A DNA stretch of 64,000 bases from Gemmatimonadota bacterium (GTDB taxonomy: Bacteria; Gemmatimonadota; Gemmatimonadetes; Palauibacterales; Palauibacteraceae). The stretch covers positions 1,984,001-2,048,000 of the forward strand of contig OZ220691.1 in NCBI GenBank assembly GCA_965116475.1. Reading direction: 5' to 3'. This document shows positions 8,843 through 18,913 of this stretch, in pieces. Within the stretch, counting starts at the first letter, position 1, and the number at the start of each line of letters is the position of its first letter. Position numbers and translations under genes: made by a program. Below the pieces are notes generated by a model. It was not told the DNA's origin, ran no database searches, and was given only the letters and a program-made list of their open reading frames with translations.

Positions 8843-9829
8843 ATGCTCAGGCTTCATCCGTACGAATACCACATGCCGCGCGCGCTCGACGAGGCGCTGT
8901 CGCTGCTCGCCGCCCACGGCGACGACGCGATGCCCATCGCCGGCGGGACCGACCTCGTCCCCAACATGAAGCACGGGCTGTTCACGCCCGGCCACCTCGT
9001 CGCCCTCAGCCGCGTCCGGGAGATGCGCGGGATCGCCGCCACCGGGGAAGAGATCCGCATCGGTGCAGCCGAGACGCTGACGTCGGTCGCGACCCACCCG
9101 GACGTCCTCGCGCGGATCCCCAGCCTGGCCCGCGCCGCCGAACTCGTGTCGGGTCCGCAATTGCGGCGGGTCGGCACCATCGGCGGCAACGTCTGCCTCG
9201 ACACGCGGTGCGCGTACTACAACCAGACGAGGTTCTGGCGGAAGGCGCTCGGTTACTGCCTGAAGAAGGACGGCGACGTCTGCCACGTCGTGAAGGGCGG
9301 CACCCGCTGCGTCGCGGCGCACTCGGCCGACACGCCGCCCGTGCTCTCGGTGCTCGATGCGGTCCTCGAAGTCGCGGACGAGAACGGGACGCGCGACGTG
9401 CCGATCCGGCGCTTCTTCACATCCGACGGGATCTGGAACCGATCCATCGGGAGAAGCGAACTCGTCGTCGCGATCCGCATTCCGCAGCCGCCAGCGGGTA
9501 CGCGGGTCGCGTTTCAGAAACTCCGGCCGCGCGCCGCGATCGATTTCCCGCTGGCCAACCTCGCGGTGCGCGTCGGACGCGACGACGACGGCCGCGTGTC
9601 CGATTTCCGCCTCGTCGTTTCCGCGATGGGCGCCTACCCCCGCCACGTGGGCAAGGTCGAGGACGCCGCCCTCGGGAACCGCCTCGGTACCGGCGTGATC
9701 GAGGCCGTGGCCGAGCAGGCGTTCCGCCAGTGCCACCCGCTCTCCAACATCACGGTCGACCCGGAATGGCGCCGCGCCATGATCCCCGTCCTCGTCCGCC
9801 GCGCCCTCAACGAGATCGCCGCCGCCTGA
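8843..9829 (+). CDS. Xanthine dehydrogenase-family FAD subunit with 4Fe-4S insertion (4-hydroxybenzoyl-CoA reductase beta-like)
   Basis: AGGTDL, TIGGN followed by CLDTRC...YCLKKDGDVCHV...RC cysteine insertion. Confidence 0.85.
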   Translation: MLRLHPYEYHMPRALDEALSLLAAHGDDAMPIAGGTDLVPNMKHGLFTPGHLVALSRVREMRGIAATGEEIRIGAAETLTSVATHPDVLARIPSLARAAELVSGPQLRRVGTIGGNVCLDTRCAYYNQTRFWRKALGYCLKKDGDVCHVVKGGTRCVAAHSADTPPVLSVLDAVLEVADENGTRDVPIRRFFTSDGIWNRSIGRSELVVAIRIPQPPAGTRVAFQKLRPRAAIDFPLANLAVRVGRDDDGRVSDFRLVVSAMGAYPRHVGKVEDAALGNRLGTGVIEAVAEQAFRQCHPLSNITVDPEWRRAMIPVLVRRALNEIAAA

Positions 9830-9842
9830 AGAGCAGGCGAAG

Positions 9843-9898
9843 CTCAGCAGGCGAGACTCAGCAGGCGAGACTCAGCAGGCGAGACTCAGTAGGCGAAG
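9843..9898. repeat. 14-bp tandem repeat (CTCAGCAGGCGAGA x3 plus 1 variant)
   Basis: Directly visible; no spacers; fourth unit contains the stop codon of the minus-strand gene. Confidence 0.95.
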
Positions 9899-11034
9899 AG
9901 GTCGGCGAGGGGGACGTAGGCCTCGCCGGCGAAGGCGAGCACATCGTCGATGCCGAACAGGATCTCATCGAGCGCCGCGAGTTCCGAGTCGGTGAATCCC
10001 TGCCCCGCGGCATCGATGAAGACGGGCGCTTCAACGGTGCCCTCCACCAGAGCCTCCACGCGCCCCGCCTGGCGGATCTCGCCCTCCTGCGCCCCGTTCA
10101 CGACGGCGAGGTCGACGAGCGTCCGCCCGGCCGAGCCATCGATGTCCATGCGGAAGAGGAGAGCCGCGTGCGATCCGTCCGCCGACAGATCGCCGCCCAC
10201 CCGCAACCGTACCTCGGTCCCCTCGGCGGAGAGCACGCGGTGCGTGGACGTGACATGGGTCATCCCCGCCGCGTCATCGAACTCAAGCAACTCGTCGAGT
10301 TCGAAGTCAAAGCGCCCGTTCTGGTCTTCCGCGAACCCCTCGGCGAGCAGGCTCACCGACACCCCGTTCGCGTCGGACGCGAAGGCGCCGTCCACGAGGT
10401 AGTCGGCGACGCGCCGGGTTCCGCCCCCGCTCGTATCGAAGGCCTGGATCCGCAGCCGCGCGGACACCGCGTCGCTCTCGTCCATGAGATCCACGAACCC
10501 GAACGGCCGCAGCGGAAGCGCGGGCAGACCGGACGCAAGATCGACCACGTACAGCTCGAACCGGACCCCGTTTTCCGGACCGCCGTCCCCGAGCTCGACA
10601 TACGCGTCGATGGACGCGTCGAAGATGAACTCCTTGCCGAGCACGTTGATCGGGAAGAGCGGGGTCTGCCCGCCCCGCGCGCGGCTCGCGGCCACGTTCG
10701 CCACCGCCCGTTCGAGCGAACGCGGCTTGAGCGCGCGGAGGAGGTCGACCCGGTCGGACGAGCCGCGGAGTTGTGAGTGGGCCACGCGATTCGCCGGGGG
10801 CGCGGACAGCCCGAGCACCTCGGCGATCATCCGCACCTGCGCCACGATCGCGTTGTCCGCGGCGAACCGGAGCGAGTAGATGGAGTTCGCCGCCAGCTCC
10901 GGATCGAAGGGGGGATCGGGCAGCGGCGGTCCGACGATGCCCCGTTCTTCCCCACAACCCGCGGCCGCCAGTACGAACAGCCCAGCCACCAGGACACGAC
11001 ACCTTCCCACCAGGGCACGACATCTTCCCGCCAC
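9886..11034 (-). CDS. Hypothetical lipoprotein
   Basis: GGAGGG RBS before GTG 11034; LFVLAAAGC lipobox; acidic beta-rich body. Confidence 0.7.
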   Translation of the reverse strand: MAGRCRALVGRCRVLVAGLFVLAAAGCGEERGIVGPPLPDPPFDPELAANSIYSLRFAADNAIVAQVRMIAEVLGLSAPPANRVAHSQLRGSSDRVDLLRALKPRSLERAVANVAASRARGGQTPLFPINVLGKEFIFDASIDAYVELGDGGPENGVRFELYVVDLASGLPALPLRPFGFVDLMDESDAVSARLRIQAFDTSGGGTRRVADYLVDGAFASDANGVSVSLLAEGFAEDQNGRFDFELDELLEFDDAAGMTHVTSTHRVLSAEGTEVRLRVGGDLSADGSHAALLFRMDIDGSAGRTLVDLAVVNGAQEGEIRQAGRVEALVEGTVEAPVFIDAAGQGFTDSELAALDEILFGIDDVLAFAGEAYVPLADLFAY

Positions 11035-11281
11035 TGCGATCCCTCCCTCATGGTTGAAGCCACGGTTGATGCGATTCGACAGAAGAAAGACGAGACGGGT
11101 GGGGAGCAGGTCACCGGCACGGGGGAGCACGGGGAACACGGGGCGAGTACGGGGAGCACGCGGGCGGCGGAAGCGGCTGGTCACGGTCCCCACCGCGCGC
11201 ATACCTTGGCGAAGCGTTCAAGAATCCGGCATTCGTCACTACGGCCCCCGACCCGGGGGCTCTTGATTCCGAGGAGGTAGG

Positions 11282-11893
11282 ATGCACGCCTTGCCCGACC
11301 TGCCGTATGCCCACGACGCGCTCGAACCGACGATCGACGCGCGCACGATGGAGATCCACCACGGCAAGCATCACCAGGTGTACGTGAACATGCTCAACGG
11401 CGCGCTCGAGGGTCACGACGACCTCGCGGGCCTCTCCCTGGAGGCCCTCCTGCGCGGCATCGCCGACGTGCCCGAGTCCATCCGCGGCGCGGTCAGGAAC
11501 CACGGCGGCGGACACGCGAACCACTCGCTGTTCTGGACTTCGATGTCTCCGGACGGGGGCGGGAGTCCGTCCGGCGACCTCGCGGCCGCCATCGACGGCG
11601 CCTGCGGTTCCTTCGACGACTTCAAGGCGGCGTTCCAGCAGGCGGGGCTCACCCGCTTCGGCAGCGGCTGGGCATGGCTCGTGGCCGGGAGCGGAGGCGA
11701 ACTCTCGGTGTACTCCACCGCGAACCAGGACAGCCCGCTGATGCAGGGAGACACGCCGCTCCTGGGCGTGGATGTGTGGGAGCACGCGTACTACCTGAAC
11801 TACCAGAATCGCCGGGCGGACTACCTCGCCGCCTTCTGGGACGTGGTGGACTGGGCCGCCGTGGCCGCCCGCCACGCCGCCGCCACCGGCTGA
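11282..11893 (+). CDS. sodA: Mn/Fe superoxide dismutase (Mn-type signature)
   Basis: [31 protein letters not shown]. Confidence 0.95.
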   Translation: MHALPDLPYAHDALEPTIDARTMEIHHGKHHQVYVNMLNGALEGHDDLAGLSLEALLRGIADVPESIRGAVRNHGGGHANHSLFWTSMSPDGGGSPSGDLAAAIDGACGSFDDFKAAFQQAGLTRFGSGWAWLVAGSGGELSVYSTANQDSPLMQGDTPLLGVDVWEHAYYLNYQNRRADYLAAFWDVVDWAAVAARHAAATG

Positions 11894-11896
11894 CCG

Positions 11897-11926
11897 CCCC
11901 GAAACCGCAGCGGCCCGGCTTCGGGG
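11897..11926. terminator. Hairpin between convergent sodA and pfkA
   Basis: CCCCGAAACCG...CGGCTTCGGGG stem; no clear U-tract. Confidence 0.45.
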
Positions 11927-13063
11927 TCAGTCGCCGAGGCTGACCCCGATCGCCTGGGCGGTCATCACGATGTCGCCGTCGACCGGCACCAGCTTGGGAT
12001 CGGCGAGCGCCTCGGCCAGCGGGATCGCCCGTACCAGCGGCGGGTCGAGCGCGACCATCGTCCCGAATCGGCCGCGGGCCACGCACCGCACGGCGGCGGC
12101 GCCGAAGCGCAGCGACATGACGCGGTCGTAGGAGGTCGGCGTGCCGCCGCGCTGCAAGTGGCCCAGCGTCAGCGACCGCGTCTCCTTCCCCGTGCGCCGG
12201 GCAATCTCGCGCGCCACCATGTCGCCCAGCCCGCCCAGCCGCTCCTGGTCTTCCCCGCCACCGTGGACGGTCTTCGTGACCATCTCGCCGCCGCCGGGCG
12301 ACGCGCCCTCCGCCACGCAGACGATGCTGAACTCGCGCCCCGCGGCCTCACGCTCCCGGATCTTGTCGCACACTCTCTCGATGTCGAACGGAATCTCGGG
12401 GATGAGGATGACGTCGGCCGAGCCGGCCAGCCCGCTGTAGAGCGCGATCCATCCGGCGTCCCGTCCCATGACTTCCACCACCATCACGCGGCGGTGGCTC
12501 TCCGCCGTCGAGTGGAGCTTTCCGATCGCGTCGGTCGCCGTCTCGACCGCCGTCAGAAACCCGAACGTCAGGCTGGTTCCGCAGAGGTCGTTGTCGATCG
12601 TCTTCGGCACGCCGACCACCGGAAGCCCGCGCTTCGACAGCCGGTGCGCGAGGTGGAGACTGCCGTCCCCGCCGATCGCGATCAGCGCGTCGATACCGTG
12701 CTGCCGCAGGCTCTCGATGACCTCGCCGGACCGGTCGCGCTCCTCGATCGAACCGTCCGGCAGGCGCACCGGCCACGCAAACGGATCCGAGCGGTTGGTC
12801 GTCCCCAGAATCGTCCCGCCGCGGTGCGTGATCCCCCGCACTTCATCGCTCCCCAGCGGAATCACCTGCCCGGGATCGTCCGCCAGCAGCCCACCATAGC
12901 CGTTCTCGATGCCCACCACGCTCCAGCCACGGCGGCGGGCGCTCAACACGATGGCCCGGATCACCGCGTTCAGGCCCGGCGCGTCGCCGCCGCCGGTGTT
13001 GATCGCGATCTTCTTGATCGCTCCCGCTCCCCCGCCGCCGGGTGTCGCTTTTCGCTCGTTCAT
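11927..13063 (-). CDS. pfkA: 6-phosphofructokinase
   Basis: TGGGDAPGLN, GGTILGT, GGDGS, PKTIDND, EVMGR. Confidence 0.93.
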   Translation of the reverse strand: MNERKATPGGGGAGAIKKIAINTGGGDAPGLNAVIRAIVLSARRRGWSVVGIENGYGGLLADDPGQVIPLGSDEVRGITHRGGTILGTTNRSDPFAWPVRLPDGSIEERDRSGEVIESLRQHGIDALIAIGGDGSLHLAHRLSKRGLPVVGVPKTIDNDLCGTSLTFGFLTAVETATDAIGKLHSTAESHRRVMVVEVMGRDAGWIALYSGLAGSADVILIPEIPFDIERVCDKIREREAAGREFSIVCVAEGASPGGGEMVTKTVHGGGEDQERLGGLGDMVAREIARRTGKETRSLTLGHLQRGGTPTSYDRVMSLRFGAAAVRCVARGRFGTMVALDPPLVRAIPLAEALADPKLVPVDGDIVMTAQAIGVSLGD

Positions 13064-13084
13064 GGCCCGATAATCGGCCTCGCA

Positions 13085-13255
13085 GCAGCGCGTGGCAAAA
13101 CCCCGCGTTAGCGCCGAGAGCGGTGGAGCGCTCGCCTGACAAGGAGCGACGAGGGAGAATAGCAGCGCTATTTGACCGAGGAGCGACGCAGAGCGTAGCG
13201 GTTCAGGCGAGATGCAGCGCCGCTCGAACGCAGCGGGGCTTTTGCCGCGCGCTGC
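13085..13255. mobile_element. MITE-like dispersed repeat, copy 2 (inverted relative to copy 1)
   Basis: TIRs GCAGCGCGTGGCAAAACCCCGC / GCGGGGCTTTTGCCGCGCGCTGC; interior is the reverse complement of the 3146-3319 element with about 14 differences by manual alignment. Confidence 0.8.
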
Positions 13256-13297
13256 AGGGGTTGACGCTACGGCCGCGGGTCGGCACCCTCGCTCCCC

Positions 13298-13978
13298 ATG
13301 TCACCGCCCCGCCCGCTGGAAACGATCCTGTTCGATCTCGACGGGACTCTCGTGGACTCGACCCACCTCATCGCGGAGTCCTGGCGCCATACGATGCGGA
13401 CCCACTTCGAGGACCCGCCTCCGGACGAGGTGTGGCTGAGTACGCTGGGGCAGCCGCTGCGGACCCAACTCGGCTATCTGGTGGACTCGGCCGAGGAAGT
13501 TCAGGCCATGGTCGACACCTACATCGACCACAACTTCCGGGAACACGAACGGCTCATCCGTTCATTCCCCGGCGTCCGCGAGACCGTCGGGCGGCTGCGC
13601 GCGAAAGGGGTGCGGCTCGGCGTGGTCACGAGCAAGGCGAGCGCCGGAACGGCCCGAAGTCTGGCCGCTTGCACGCTGGATCAGGCGCTCTTCGACGTGA
13701 TCGTCACGTCCGACGAGCCGGTACCGCACAAGCCCGACCCGGCCCCAATCCGCCTGGCCCTCGAACGGCTGGAAGCCGCCGCCGAGACCGCCGCCTACGT
13801 GGGGGATTCCGTATGGGACATGCGGGCGGGGCACGCGGCCGGCGTGACGACGATCGCCGCGCTCTGGGGCCCGTTCCCGGAGCGCGTGCTCGCCCTCGAA
13901 CGCCCCCACATCATGCTCGACGCGATCGAGGACATCGTCCGCTACGTCGTCGCGGCCGAGCCGCCGCCGCCCGCCTGA
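13298..13978 (+). CDS. HAD-family hydrolase (PpaX-like)
   Basis: FDLDGTLVDS, VVTSK, HKPDP, YVGDSVWD. Confidence 0.9.
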   Translation: MSPPRPLETILFDLDGTLVDSTHLIAESWRHTMRTHFEDPPPDEVWLSTLGQPLRTQLGYLVDSAEEVQAMVDTYIDHNFREHERLIRSFPGVRETVGRLRAKGVRLGVVTSKASAGTARSLAACTLDQALFDVIVTSDEPVPHKPDPAPIRLALERLEAAAETAAYVGDSVWDMRAGHAAGVTTIAALWGPFPERVLALERPHIMLDAIEDIVRYVVAAEPPPPA

Positions 13979-13997
13979 CGGATTCGCGCGCGGGCGG

Positions 13998-16736
13998 TTA
14001 GTCCCCGGCGTCCGTCCCGTTCTCCGAGAAGGCGAGCGTCCCCTCTTCGAGCGAGCCGTTGGCCAGCGCCGCGGCGAGCGCTTCGTCGAGCGTCTCCACC
14101 AGGTGGAATTCGAGCTGCTCGCACACGTGATCCGGGAGATCCTCCAGGTCGCCCTCGTTGACCGCCGGGAGGATGATCTCGCCGATCCCCGCCCGGGCGG
14201 CGCCGAGCACCTTCTCCTTCACGCCGCCGATCGGCAGCACGCGCCCGGAGAGCGTGATCTCGCCCGTCATCGCGACGTCGTGCCGCACCGGGTGGTCGCC
14301 GAGGGCGCTCACGAGCGCCACCGCCATGGCGATGCCCGCCGACGGCCCTTCCTTCGGGATGGCCCCGGCCGGGACGTGGATGTGGATCTCGTGATCCCGT
14401 AGCCGTTCCTCCGTGAGATCGAGCCCGTTCGCATGGCTGCGCGCGAAGGTGAGGGCGGCCTGCGCGCTCTCCTTCATGACGTCGCCGAGCTGTCCCGTGA
14501 GGACGAGCCCTTCCTTGCCCTTCAGGACCCTCGTCTCGACGAGCATGATGTCGCCGCCCACGGGCGTATAGAACATGCCCGTCGCCACGCCGACCGCGTC
14601 GTCCTCCATCTTTTCGGCGGCATGCACCTTCGGCCGGCCCAGCAGTTCGCGCAGGTCATCCGCGTCCACCGCGGCCTCCGGGGATCCCGTCGCGATCTTC
14701 CGCGCGGACTTCCGGCAGACCGAGCCCAGTTCGCGTTCGAGTTGCCGCACGCCGGCCTCGCGGGTGTAGCGGGTGATGATCGCGCGAATCGCGCCCTCGT
14801 CGACCTCGACCTGCTCCGGGAGCAGGCCGTTCCGCCGCTTCTGCCTGGGAAGGAGGAAGCGGCGCGCGATCTCGAGCTTCTCGGCTTCCGTATAGCCGCG
14901 GAATTCGATCGCCTCCATCCGGTCGCGCAGGGGGCCGGGGATCTGCTCGAACACATTCGCCGTGGCGATGAACAGCACCTGCGAGAGATCGAACGGCACC
15001 CCGAGGTAGTGGTCCACGAACGACTCGTTCTGCGCCGGGTCCAGCACCTCCATGAGGGCCGCCGACGGATCGCCCTGGAAGGACACGCCCAGTTTGTCGA
15101 TCTCATCCAGGAGGAACACGGGGTTCTTCGTTCCCGCCCGCTTCAACCCCTCGATGATGCGGCCGGCCATCGCGCCCACGTACGTGCGCCGGTGTCCGCG
15201 GATGTCCGCCTCGTCCCGCGCCCCGCCCAGCGACACGCGGACGTACTTGCGGCCCATGGCGTCGGCGATGGAACGTGCGATCGAGGTCTTGCCCACGCCC
15301 GGCGGCCCGACGAAGAGGAGCGTCTCCCCCGCGCGGTCGTCTTCATATCCGGGCACAGTGTCGGTCCCGGCCTCGCCCGGGTCGTCCCCCTCGTCCGCTT
15401 CGTCGCTGCCCGCCGCAGCCTCGGTGTCCGCGCCGTCGTCGTCGGTCGCGACGCCCTCGGCCTCGTCGTCTGTCGCGTCGCCGGCGTCATCCTCTGCCTC
15501 GGCGTCTTCCGCCTCGGCGGCCTCCGCTTCGGCCGCTTCCCGAATCCTCGTCTCTTCCTGCAGCTTCCGAACCGCGAGGAAATCGAGGACCCGGTCCTTG
15601 ACGTCCTGAAGCCCGTAGTGATCCCGTTCCAGGATCTCTTCGGCGCGGCCGATGTCCAGCTGTTCCTCGGTCGTATCGGACCAGGGGAGGTCCGCGACGA
15701 TCTCCAGGTACGTCCGCACGACCTGGGCCTCCGCCGACTCGCGCGGGATGCGCTCGAGGCGCCGAAGCTCGCGGTCGACTTCCTGGCGCGCCTCCTCCGG
15801 CAACTCGAGCGCCTCGATGCGCTCACGGAGGTCGTTCGCCTCCTGGGAGTCGATGTCCTCGCCCAGCTCCTTCTGGATCGCCTTCATCTGCTCGCGCAGG
15901 AAGATCTCGCGCTGCCTCTCCCCCAACTCCTCCTGCACCTGCTCGCGGATCTCCTCCTGGGCCTCGAGCAGCCCGATCTGCTTCTGCAGGTGCACGAGAA
16001 GCGAGCGCAGCCGCGCCTCGACGGAGAGGGTCTCGAGGAGTTCCTGCTTCTGCTCGACCTCGAGCTCGGTGTAGAAGGCGACGAGATCGGCGAGTTCCCC
16101 GGGCGTCGACACCCCGCCCAGCAGATGGTCGACGATTTCCTTCGGGACGCCGCGCAGGCGGCTGACTTCCGCGGATCTCTCGTGGACCTCCTTGTAGAGC
16201 GCCGCGAAGGCCCGCTCGTCCGGGTCGAGCGGATCCATGTCGTCCATGTCTCGCGCGACGACCTCGAGGTATCCGTCGCGCTCGGTGTATTCGAGGGCGG
16301 CGGCACGGGCATCGCCCTGGATGACCATCTGGATGCCGCCGGGCACCTTCTGCATCTGCGCGATCCGGCACACGGTCCCGATACGGTACAGGTGCTCCGG
16401 GTCCGGCCGCTCGATTTCGGCATCGAGCTGGGCGACCGCGAACAGCAGCTTGTCGCCCGCGATGGCCCGGTCGATGGCCTTCATGGTTTTGTCCCGACCC
16501 GCGGCGATCGGCGCCGCCACGGCGGGGAACACGACCGTGCCCCGGAGGGGGAGCACGGGCAGCCGCAAGCGCTTCGACTCGGTCCGGTCCGCGGGCTCCG
16601 TCCCCTCGGCGGCAGCCGTGTCCTCGGCGCCCTCCACCTCGTCGCCGTCCACCTCGGCGACCGTCATCTCAAGCAGGACGCCGCCGTTTTCCGGCAGCGC
16701 CTCCGCCTGATCCTTGCGTCCGTTTTCTTCGCTCAT
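13998..16736 (-). CDS. lon: ATP-dependent protease La (Lon)
   Basis: LPVLPLR N-domain, GPPGVGKT, LLDEIDK, PKEGPSAG (Ser) and GGVKEK (Lys). Confidence 0.97.
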   Translation of the reverse strand: MSEENGRKDQAEALPENGGVLLEMTVAEVDGDEVEGAEDTAAAEGTEPADRTESKRLRLPVLPLRGTVVFPAVAAPIAAGRDKTMKAIDRAIAGDKLLFAVAQLDAEIERPDPEHLYRIGTVCRIAQMQKVPGGIQMVIQGDARAAALEYTERDGYLEVVARDMDDMDPLDPDERAFAALYKEVHERSAEVSRLRGVPKEIVDHLLGGVSTPGELADLVAFYTELEVEQKQELLETLSVEARLRSLLVHLQKQIGLLEAQEEIREQVQEELGERQREIFLREQMKAIQKELGEDIDSQEANDLRERIEALELPEEARQEVDRELRRLERIPRESAEAQVVRTYLEIVADLPWSDTTEEQLDIGRAEEILERDHYGLQDVKDRVLDFLAVRKLQEETRIREAAEAEAAEAEDAEAEDDAGDATDDEAEGVATDDDGADTEAAAGSDEADEGDDPGEAGTDTVPGYEDDRAGETLLFVGPPGVGKTSIARSIADAMGRKYVRVSLGGARDEADIRGHRRTYVGAMAGRIIEGLKRAGTKNPVFLLDEIDKLGVSFQGDPSAALMEVLDPAQNESFVDHYLGVPFDLSQVLFIATANVFEQIPGPLRDRMEAIEFRGYTEAEKLEIARRFLLPRQKRRNGLLPEQVEVDEGAIRAIITRYTREAGVRQLERELGSVCRKSARKIATGSPEAAVDADDLRELLGRPKVHAAEKMEDDAVGVATGMFYTPVGGDIMLVETRVLKGKEGLVLTGQLGDVMKESAQAALTFARSHANGLDLTEERLRDHEIHIHVPAGAIPKEGPSAGIAMAVALVSALGDHPVRHDVAMTGEITLSGRVLPIGGVKEKVLGAARAGIGEIILPAVNEGDLEDLPDHVCEQLEFHLVETLDEALAAALANGSLEEGTLAFSENGTDAGD

Positions 16737-16980
16737 ACTCGCGTAGCTTCTATGTTCTCGCGCGACACGCGCGCGTCAGTCGGATTCGCGTCCTGCGGTG
16801 CAGGTTTCGGGCCCGAAGGTCTCGCCCCGGGGCTCCCCACATCCGCCGATCTGGCGCAATGACGCTCGTAGAGGTCTGCCGCCGCGGGCGGTGTGCGTCA
16901 AGACGGCAGCCGGCCGCGCTCGCCCGGCACCCCGGCGGCGCTTGCTTGGCAGCCGCACGGTATCTTGCCATCTTGAGGGC

Positions 16981-18228
16981 ATGGCGAAACAGACATTGAG
17001 TACGGGCGGCCGCAAGACGTCGACCGCGGAGGAACGCTATTACCGGCGCGGGCTGGGTCTGAAGAAGGAGATCCAGCCGGTGATCGATTTCGAGTACGGG
17101 AGCGCCATCGTCTCCCTCATCAGGGAGCGGGACTTCGAGCTCCAGGCCGGGCGCATCCTCCTGCGCCTCGCGAAGAGTTCCGGTTTCTGCTACGGCGTGG
17201 ACCGTGCGGTCGACTACGCGTACGAGTCGCGCCGCAAGTTCCCGGATCGGCGGATCCTGCTCGTGGGCGAGATCATCCACAACCCGCATGTGAACCGCCG
17301 GCTCCGGGAGATGGAGATCGAGTTCCTCTATCCTTCCGACGACGGGGAGTTCGACTTCAGCGGCGTCACCGTCGACGATGTCGTGATCATCCCGGCCTTC
17401 GGCGTGACGCTGCATGATTTCGAGGCGTTGCGGGCCCTCGACTGCATTCTCGTCGACACGACGTGCGGCTCGGTGCTCAACGTGTGGAAGCGGGTGGAGG
17501 GCTACGCCCGCGACGGTTTCACCTCGATCATCCACGGCAAGCACTGGCACGAGGAGACCCGGGCGACCAGTTCGCAGGTGCTGAAGCACGAGAACGGGAA
17601 GTTCCTCATCGTTCGCGACATGGAGCAGGCTCAACTCGTGTGCTCGTACATCCGCGGCGAAGGGGAGCGCGATTCCTTCATGCGGACGTTCGCGGAGTCG
17701 GTGTCCGAAGGGTTCGATCCCGACCTCCACCTGGAGAAGGTCGGCGTCGCCAACCAGACGACGATGCTGGCTTCGGAGTCGCTGGCGATCGCGGCGAAAC
17801 TCGGCGAGGCGGTCGCCGACCGATGGGGCGCGGAGGAGCTGCCGGACCGGTTCCGCAGCTTCGACACGATCTGCTCGGCGACCCAGAAGCGGCAGGACGC
17901 CGTCAAGGACATGATGGAGGATCCGCCGGACCTCATGGTCGTGATCGGGGGCTACAACTCCTCGAACACGAACCAGCTCGCGTACCTCTGCGGACTGTAC
18001 ACGACGACGTACCACATCGAGGATGCCGCCTGCATCGACACCGTGCGCGGGCGCATCACTCACAAACCGCTGGGGACCGCCGAGACGGTGACGGAGGGCG
18101 CCTGGCTGCCGGACGGGAACATCAGCATCGGCATCACGGCGGGCGCCTCCACGCCGAACTCGAAGCTCGGCGAGGCGGTGGAGCGCATCCTGCGGGGCGT
18201 GGGCTACGACCCTTCCCGCCTCCTGTAG
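16981..18228 (+). CDS. ispH: 4-hydroxy-3-methylbut-2-enyl diphosphate reductase
   Basis: GFCYGVDRA, EIIHN, DTTC, NQTT, DTICSATQKRQ, SSN, GITAGASTP. Confidence 0.95.
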   Translation: MAKQTLSTGGRKTSTAEERYYRRGLGLKKEIQPVIDFEYGSAIVSLIRERDFELQAGRILLRLAKSSGFCYGVDRAVDYAYESRRKFPDRRILLVGEIIHNPHVNRRLREMEIEFLYPSDDGEFDFSGVTVDDVVIIPAFGVTLHDFEALRALDCILVDTTCGSVLNVWKRVEGYARDGFTSIIHGKHWHEETRATSSQVLKHENGKFLIVRDMEQAQLVCSYIRGEGERDSFMRTFAESVSEGFDPDLHLEKVGVANQTTMLASESLAIAAKLGEAVADRWGAEELPDRFRSFDTICSATQKRQDAVKDMMEDPPDLMVVIGGYNSSNTNQLAYLCGLYTTTYHIEDAACIDTVRGRITHKPLGTAETVTEGAWLPDGNISIGITAGASTPNSKLGEAVERILRGVGYDPSRLL

Positions 18229-18280
18229 CGCACGGGAACACCCCGCGTCGGCGCCGGGGGCGGCGAAGCGCTCGGGCTCC

Positions 18281-18913
18281 TCAGTCGCCGGCGAGCGCCG
18301 CCCGGAAACGGGCCTGCAGCAGAACGCCGTCCCGCGGCGGATATGAGCCCGCTTCCGCGCTGAGCGCGACCTTCGCGACGCACAGCACCGGGCCTTCCTC
18401 CTCGAACAGGGTTCCCGCGAGCGCGTCGAAATCCGTCCCTTCGGCCCCGTCGTCGGACCCGTCGTCGGCCCCGTCGTCGGCCCCGCCGCCGACCGTGAAG
18501 GCCGTCTCGATGCCGGCCCCGCGCGCCATCGCGGCGATGTCCGTGCTCTTCCCCGTGAGCCCCGCCTGACGTCCGGTCTCGCCGAACGCCTCGTTGTCGA
18601 GTACGAGGAGGGCGAGGTTGGAGGGGGCCTGGGCCGCGATCGTGGCGAGGCTCCCCACCCCCATCAGTAGCTCGGCGTCGCCGGTGACCACCAGCACCCG
18701 GCGCGCCGGCCGCGCGAGCGCGACGCCGAGCCCCAGCATCGCCGCCCCGCCCATCGCGCCCCAGAAGTAGAAGTTGAGCGGCGAGTCGCCCACCGCGTGA
18801 CAATCCCACGCCGGAGAACCGAGTCCCGCGACCACGGCCGCATCGCCGCGCCGGTCCAGGATCCCTGCGACGAGGGCGCGCCGGTCCAGCCGGTCCAGCT
18901 TCGCGTCCCCCAT
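18281..18913 (-). CDS. ThDP-dependent sulfopyruvate/phosphonopyruvate decarboxylase, beta subunit
   Basis: NFYFWGAMG, VVTGDAELLMG...LDN; overlaps the alpha-subunit stop. Confidence 0.8.
   Translation of the reverse strand: MGDAKLDRLDRRALVAGILDRRGDAAVVAGLGSPAWDCHAVGDSPLNFYFWGAMGGAAMLGLGVALARPARRVLVVTGDAELLMGVGSLATIAAQAPSNLALLVLDNEAFGETGRQAGLTGKSTDIAAMARGAGIETAFTVGGGADDGADDGSDDGAEGTDFDALAGTLFEEEGPVLCVAKVALSAEAGSYPPRDGVLLQARFRAALAGD

Noticed and set aside
9843..9898. CRISPR array
   Set aside because: 14-bp units are contiguous with no spacers, and no cas genes are present
11118..11160. Iteron-like (C/T)ACGGGG repeats
   Set aside because: Irregular spacing and no rep gene; likely slippage repeats
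14433..16862. 809-aa plus-strand ORF and similar long ORFs (25223-27025, most of 27049-30201, 59662-61722)
   Set aside because: Antisense shadows of real genes in high-GC DNA; Arg/Gly/Pro-rich with no family motifs
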